From: an uncultured virus (IMG/VR IMGVR_UViG_3300030116_006303)
Lineage: Duplodnaviria > Heunggongvirae > Uroviricota > Caudoviricetes
Direction: 5' to 3' (one strand)
Virus record (IMG/VR): IMGVR_UViG_3300030116_006303
Span: 53,596-73,595 of that record
Length of the DNA: 20,000 nucleotides
Below, one piece after another: positions 16,331 through 20,000 of this stretch. Each line of letters begins with the position of its first letter. The stretch's first letter is position 1. The translations under genes and the position numbers were made by a program. The notes under the pieces are model-generated. The model worked only from the letters and a program-made list of their open reading frames with translations. It was not told where the DNA came from and ran no database searches.

Positions 16331-17710
16331 ATGTTTCTATCTGAAGAATTACAGAAGAAGTGGCAGCCAGTCATTGAGCATCCAGACCTCAGCGAGATTA
16401 AGGATTCTCATCGTCGGGCAGTCACTGCAACTCTTCTAGAAAACCAAGAGAATGCTTCACGTGAGGCATCTTTCGGTTCTGGTGGCTATCAAATGCCATC
16501 GCTATTAGGCGAAGCGGCGCCTACCAACGCTATGGGTGCTTCGAGCTCCACAGCTTCTGATGGTGCCGTGGACATTTTCGACCCAGTGCTTATCTCGCTG
16601 GTTCGGCGTTCCATGCCAAACCTCATTGCATACGATATCTGCGGCGTTCAGCCAATGACAGGACCAACCGGTCTTATCTTTGCAATGCGTCCTCGCTTCA
16701 CAAGCCAAGCCGGCAGTGAGGCTCTCTACAACGAAGCCAACACCACGTTCTCCGGATCGGCGGCAGCTAACACTGCTTCTATCGCGGCTATCGATGGTGG
16801 CGCGGGCACTGCTGCAACCGGTAGTGATCCAACGGCTCGTGCAACAGGTTCTGGCTACACCGTAACAACGGGTATGACTACCGCTGAGGCAGAAGCTCTC
16901 GGTGATGAGTCACAGAATGCTTTCCAAGAGATGGCATTCAGCATCGAGAAGGTTGCTGTAACGGCGGTTTCTCGTGCACTCAAAGCGGAATACACCATGG
17001 AATTGGCTCAAGACCTTAAAGCCATCCACGGTCTAGATGCCGAAACAGAACTCAGCAACATCCTGTCTGCTGAGATCCTGGCTGAAATCAACCGTGAAGT
17101 TGTTCGTACGATTAACTACACAGCTACGGTTGGTGCTCAGGATAACACAACAACGGCTGGTACATTCGACCTCGACGTTGATTCCAACGGTCGCTGGAGT
17201 GTAGAGCGCTTTAAGGGCCTGGTATTCCAGCTCGAGCGTGAAGCCAACCAGATCGCGAAGTCAACACGTCGCGGTAAAGGTAACGTCCTGATCTGTGGTT
17301 CGGATGTTGCATCTGCTCTTCAGATGGCTGGTGTCCTAGACTACACACCTGCTCTCAGCGCCAACCTCAGTGTGGATGACACAGGTAACACCTTCGCGGG
17401 TGTCCTGAACGGCCGCATGAAGGTTTACGTTGATCCGTACTTCGCCAGTTCGTCTGGAAATCAGTACGCCACGGTCGGTTACAAGGGTGCGTCCGCATTT
17501 GATGCGGGTCTCTTCTACTGCCCATACGTGCCTCTCCAAATGGTGCGTGCGGTTGGTGAGAACACCTTCCAGCCCAAGATCGGATTTAAGACTCGCTACG
17601 GCATGGTCGCCAATCCGTTCGCCACAACGGCCGCTGATGGTTCTATCAGTACAGCGGTAAACGATCGCAACATCTACTACCGCCTTGTCACAATCGCAAA
17701 CCTAATGTAA
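16331..17710 (+). CDS. gp23: Major capsid protein gp23
   Basis: Motifs 'LLENQE', 'DICGVQPMTGPTGLIFAMR', 'SRALKAEYTMELAQDLKAIHGLDAE.EL', 'YCPYVPL', 'FQPKIGFKTRYG'. Probable maturation site LGE/A at residue 61. Confidence 0.98.
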   Translation: MFLSEELQKKWQPVIEHPDLSEIKDSHRRAVTATLLENQENASREASFGSGGYQMPSLLGEAAPTNAMGASSSTASDGAVDIFDPVLISLVRRSMPNLIAYDICGVQPMTGPTGLIFAMRPRFTSQAGSEALYNEANTTFSGSAAANTASIAAIDGGAGTAATGSDPTARATGSGYTVTTGMTTAEAEALGDESQNAFQEMAFSIEKVAVTAVSRALKAEYTMELAQDLKAIHGLDAETELSNILSAEILAEINREVVRTINYTATVGAQDNTTTAGTFDLDVDSNGRWSVERFKGLVFQLEREANQIAKSTRRGKGNVLICGSDVASALQMAGVLDYTPALSANLSVDDTGNTFAGVLNGRMKVYVDPYFASSSGNQYATVGYKGASAFDAGLFYCPYVPLQMVRAVGENTFQPKIGFKTRYGMVANPFATTAADGSISTAVNDRNIYYRLVTIANLM

Positions 17711-17739
17711 TAAAAACAAATAAGGTTTCGATGAAACTT

Positions 17740-17769
17740 AGAGGGGAGCTTCGGCTCCCCTCTTTTTTT
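17740..17769 (+). terminator. Rho-independent terminator with C(UUCG)G tetraloop
   Basis: AGAGGGGAGC-TTCG-GCTCCCCTCT followed by a T run, after gp23. Confidence 0.92.
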
Positions 17770-17782
17770 GTGTATTGATCTA

Positions 17783-17790
17783 TATAAATA
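17783..17790 (+). promoter_or_regulatory. T4-type late promoter for usg-like gene and gp3
   Basis: Exact TATAAATA immediately after the gp23 terminator. Confidence 0.82.
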
Positions 17791-17795
17791 GTCTT

Positions 17796-18047
17796 ATGAT
17801 ATACTTAAAAAGAAATGTGGTGACTGTAGAAATCCTATACTATATGCCAGATTATAATGATATCGTGCAAGAGTTTATTTGGCAGACTGATGATATAGTA
17901 CCTGAAATACCGAGAGTCCACAAATTTTTGAACTTTTGGAAACATAATATTGAAGCAGTAATTAAAGAAGTTCAAGTTGGTTATTCCGACAAACACAACG
18001 GATATCGAACAGTAGAAATGATGGAAGAGATTAAAAGATGGCATTGA
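17796..18047 (+). CDS. usg: Usg-family protein
   Basis: 'TVEILYYMPDY..IVQEFIWQTDD..PE.PR.HKFLNFW...IEA.I.EV.V' matches the recalled alphaproteobacterial Usg pattern (T..ILY.MPD....LQ...WQ..D.AP.FP.L..FL.FW...LEG). The ATG at 17796 is preferred over the TTG at 17775. Confidence 0.78.
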   Translation: MIYLKRNVVTVEILYYMPDYNDIVQEFIWQTDDIVPEIPRVHKFLNFWKHNIEAVIKEVQVGYSDKHNGYRTVEMMEEIKRWH

Positions 18048-18580
18048 TACCAAAAATCGGAATTGACACACTAGAGGCTGAAACACTCACTCAAAATCTC
18101 AACTTTTTATCGCCTCTTGGCTTTCGTTTCGTTTTAAATAGAGCTCCAAACATAGAGTATTTCTGTCAAGCGGCGACATTGCCAACAATATCTATGGTAG
18201 AAGCAATTCAAACCAATCCCTTTGTAAACATACCTCGACCCGGTGATAAAATTTCTTACGAGCCATTTACCCTCACATTTAGAGTAGATGAGGAAATGAA
18301 AAATTATTTAGAAATATTTAACTGGATAAAGGGGTTGGGATTTCCAGAAAACTTTAAACAATATAAAGACTTAGATACATCACGCTCAAGTATATATTCT
18401 GATGGCGCTTTGGTTATTTTATCTTCAAATAATAATCCAATCATTAGAATTTCTTTTGAAGATATGTTTCCCCTATCACTATCACCACTTGCTTTTGATG
18501 TTACACAAACAGATATTGAGTACCTGCAAGCGGAGGTAACATTTAGGTATCGTCAATTTACAGTTGCTGATACCGTATAA
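18038..18580 (+). CDS. gp3: Tail completion / tube terminator gp3-like
   Basis: Motifs 'NFLSPLGFRF', 'YFCQAATLP', 'PGDKI.Y', 'F.VDEEMKNY.EI.NW', 'FEDMFP.SLS'; gp23-gp3-uvsY-uvsW synteny as in marine T4-like phages. Confidence 0.82.
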   Translation: MALIPKIGIDTLEAETLTQNLNFLSPLGFRFVLNRAPNIEYFCQAATLPTISMVEAIQTNPFVNIPRPGDKISYEPFTLTFRVDEEMKNYLEIFNWIKGLGFPENFKQYKDLDTSRSSIYSDGALVILSSNNNPIIRISFEDMFPLSLSPLAFDVTQTDIEYLQAEVTFRYRQFTVADTV

Positions 18581-18583
18581 TTT

Positions 18584-18612
18584 GTTTACATTTCAGCTAA
18601 TCTTGTTATAAT
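18584..18612 (+). promoter_or_regulatory. Sigma70-type (early/middle) promoter
   Basis: GTTTACA (18584-18590), a 16 nt spacer ending in TGn, then TATAAT (18607-18612); upstream of iscA-uvsY-uvsW. Confidence 0.7.
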
Positions 18613-18642
18613 AGGCCTTGAGCCGATTTTAAAGGGTAATAA

Positions 18643-18948
18643 ATGGTTACTATTACAGATTCAGCAAAGAAATATCTTGATTCAGTACGCGGTGATGATT
18701 ATGTATCACTTGGTGTTCAGGGTGGAGGATGTGCTGGTTTTCAATACATATGGGGACTTAAATCTGATTGTCCAGATGTAAATTGGAGTGATCCGATTGA
18801 TGGTGTACTCGTAGTTGATCCAGTTGCAGAATTATATATATTAGGTAGTACTGTTGATTATGTAAATGAATTGGGTGGATCATTTCTATCGGTAAAAAAT
18901 CCGATGTCAACATCAAGTTGTGGTTGTGGTGAAAGCTTTGGAGTGTAG
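18643..18948 (+). CDS. iscA: A-type Fe-S cluster carrier (HesB/IscA/SufA family)
   Basis: Motifs 'TITDSA', 'LGVQGGGCAGFQY', 'GSTVDYV', 'NP...SCGCGESF' with the three conserved Cys. Confidence 0.92.
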   Translation: MVTITDSAKKYLDSVRGDDYVSLGVQGGGCAGFQYIWGLKSDCPDVNWSDPIDGVLVVDPVAELYILGSTVDYVNELGGSFLSVKNPMSTSSCGCGESFGV

Positions 18949-18950
18949 AT

Positions 18951-19187
18951 ATGAAGTGGTTTATAGTTGCGCTGGTTACATTTGTATCCGGTGAACAGGA
19001 TATTAAGTATCATGAGCGCTTGTCGTTTGATAGTTATGTAGTATGTGATTCTTTCTATCGAGAAAATAGCCGTAGTCTACTATCAGGATTGAAAAGAATC
19101 TATCCTGATGTTAAAAGTGCGACTATACAGTGTTTAGATACAAAGACAATGTTTGCAATGAAAAGAGCCTTAACGAATGAAGATTGA
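18951..19187 (+). CDS. Hypothetical small protein with hydrophobic N-terminus
   Basis: GGAG SD; 'MKWFIVALVTFVSG' N-terminus; two Cys; overlaps the uvsY start. Confidence 0.6.
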   Translation: MKWFIVALVTFVSGEQDIKYHERLSFDSYVVCDSFYRENSRSLLSGLKRIYPDVKSATIQCLDTKTMFAMKRALTNED

Positions 19188-19614
19188 AAATATTATTGGT
19201 ATGTGGCAAGAGGATGTTAAGATAGATGAAACTGAGCTATCACGAGAAAGTCTAAACATCCCAATCTTACATGGTAAGTATTTGAAGCATTTCTCTGATG
19301 AGAGATTAAAGCTTCGTGCCTTAAAGATGAAGCAAAAACAGCTGCATCAAAGGCTCATGGATTACTATCGCGGAGACCTAAATAATCCTGAAGATCTAGC
19401 AGAACTTGGAAGGGAGCCATACCCATTTAAAAGATTAAAAAACGAGGTTTCATATTATGTAGAAAGTGATTCTGAAATGGTCCAGTTGAATACAAAAATT
19501 GCGTATCAACAGGAAATGGTGGACGTCCTCGAAGAAATAATAAAAGCAATAAATACGAGGGGTTATGTCATCAAAAACAGCTTGGATTTCATCAGATTTA
19601 CTTCTGGTTCCTAG
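19177..19614 (+). CDS. uvsY: Recombination mediator UvsY
   Basis: Motifs 'W..D.KID...L..ESL.IP.LH.KYL', 'YY.G', 'I..RGY.IKN..DF.RF..G'; located before uvsW. Confidence 0.9.
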   Translation: MKIENIIGMWQEDVKIDETELSRESLNIPILHGKYLKHFSDERLKLRALKMKQKQLHQRLMDYYRGDLNNPEDLAELGREPYPFKRLKNEVSYYVESDSEMVQLNTKIAYQQEMVDVLEEIIKAINTRGYVIKNSLDFIRFTSGS

Positions 19615-19618
19615 CAAT

Positions 19619-20000
19619 GTGAGTGGCAATAAATTGATTATTAGTAAGGAAAATGAAGTATATATGAAGGTCGATGCAGAGCCTGTAATACGTCAGGAGC
19701 TCAATGATTACTTCACATTCACAGTACCCGGTGCAAAATTTATGCCAGCATATCGTAATCGCATGTGGGATGGAAAGATGCGGTTATATAATGCTATGAC
19801 GAAACAGCTATATCTGGGTCTATTACCATACGTACAGGTTTTTGCTGATGAAAGAGAATACGATCTTGAAATTACCGAAAGTATAGACACACAAGAAAAT
19901 TTTTCAGTAAAAGAAGCAAATGAATTCATCACTTCTCTCCAAACTTCGTTCGATCCTCGTGATTATCAGTTGGACAGTTTCGTTCATCTCGTACGAAATA
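19619..20000 (+). CDS. uvsW: DNA helicase UvsW, N-terminal part (runs off window)
   Basis: Absent from the ORF track because it has no stop in the window. Manual translation from GTG 19619 gives SGNKLIISKENEVYMKV...ELNDYFTFTVPGAKFMPAYRNRMWDGKMRLY...LYLGLLPY...PRDYQ, typical of the UvsW N-terminus. The exact start is uncertain. Confidence 0.9.
   Translation, partial: MSGNKLIISKENEVYMKVDAEPVIRQELNDYFTFTVPGAKFMPAYRNRMWDGKMRLYNAMTKQLYLGLLPYVQVFADEREYDLEITESIDTQENFSVKEANEFITSLQTSFDPRDYQLDSFVHLVRN

Noticed and set aside
6341..17660. Short alternative-frame ORFs nested in gp18, gp19, gp20, the fibre genes and gp23
   Set aside because: They are fully nested in conserved genes, with no recognisable motifs.
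19708..19932. 74-aa minus-strand ORF
   Set aside because: It lies opposite the clearly conserved uvsW frame.
1..20000. tRNA/rRNA genes and alternative genetic code
   Set aside because: Intergenic gaps are short and explained by promoters and terminators. Core genes translate to full length in the standard code and use TAA, TAG and TGA as stops.

Overview
The window is the virion morphogenesis core of a T4-like myophage, with all convincing genes on the + strand. The order is: partial fibre-like gene, gp13-14-15 (neck/tail completion), gp16-17 (terminase), gp18-19 (sheath, tube), gp20 (portal), an expanded block before gp21, gp21-22-23 (protease, scaffold, major capsid), a Usg-family gene, gp3, an IscA/HesB Fe-S carrier, a hypothetical gene, uvsY and the start of uvsW. 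Nine T4-type late promoters (TATAAATA) lie at gene boundaries, and there are two near-identical C(UUCG)G terminators. The most unusual item is an RcGTA-like head-spike pair inserted in the head cluster: an Rcc01079-like spike base followed by an Rcc01080-like fibre with a LamG/lectin-like domain. Other notable items are a collagen fibre with two paralogous small partner genes right after the portal, inverted repeats that would hide the gp13 and gp20 start sites on read-through transcripts, an antisense sigma70-like promoter between the terminase genes, and a probably leaderless late usg transcript. Usg and the GTA-like spike suggest an alphaproteobacterial host. All family assignments come from recalled motifs and synteny, not from database searches.
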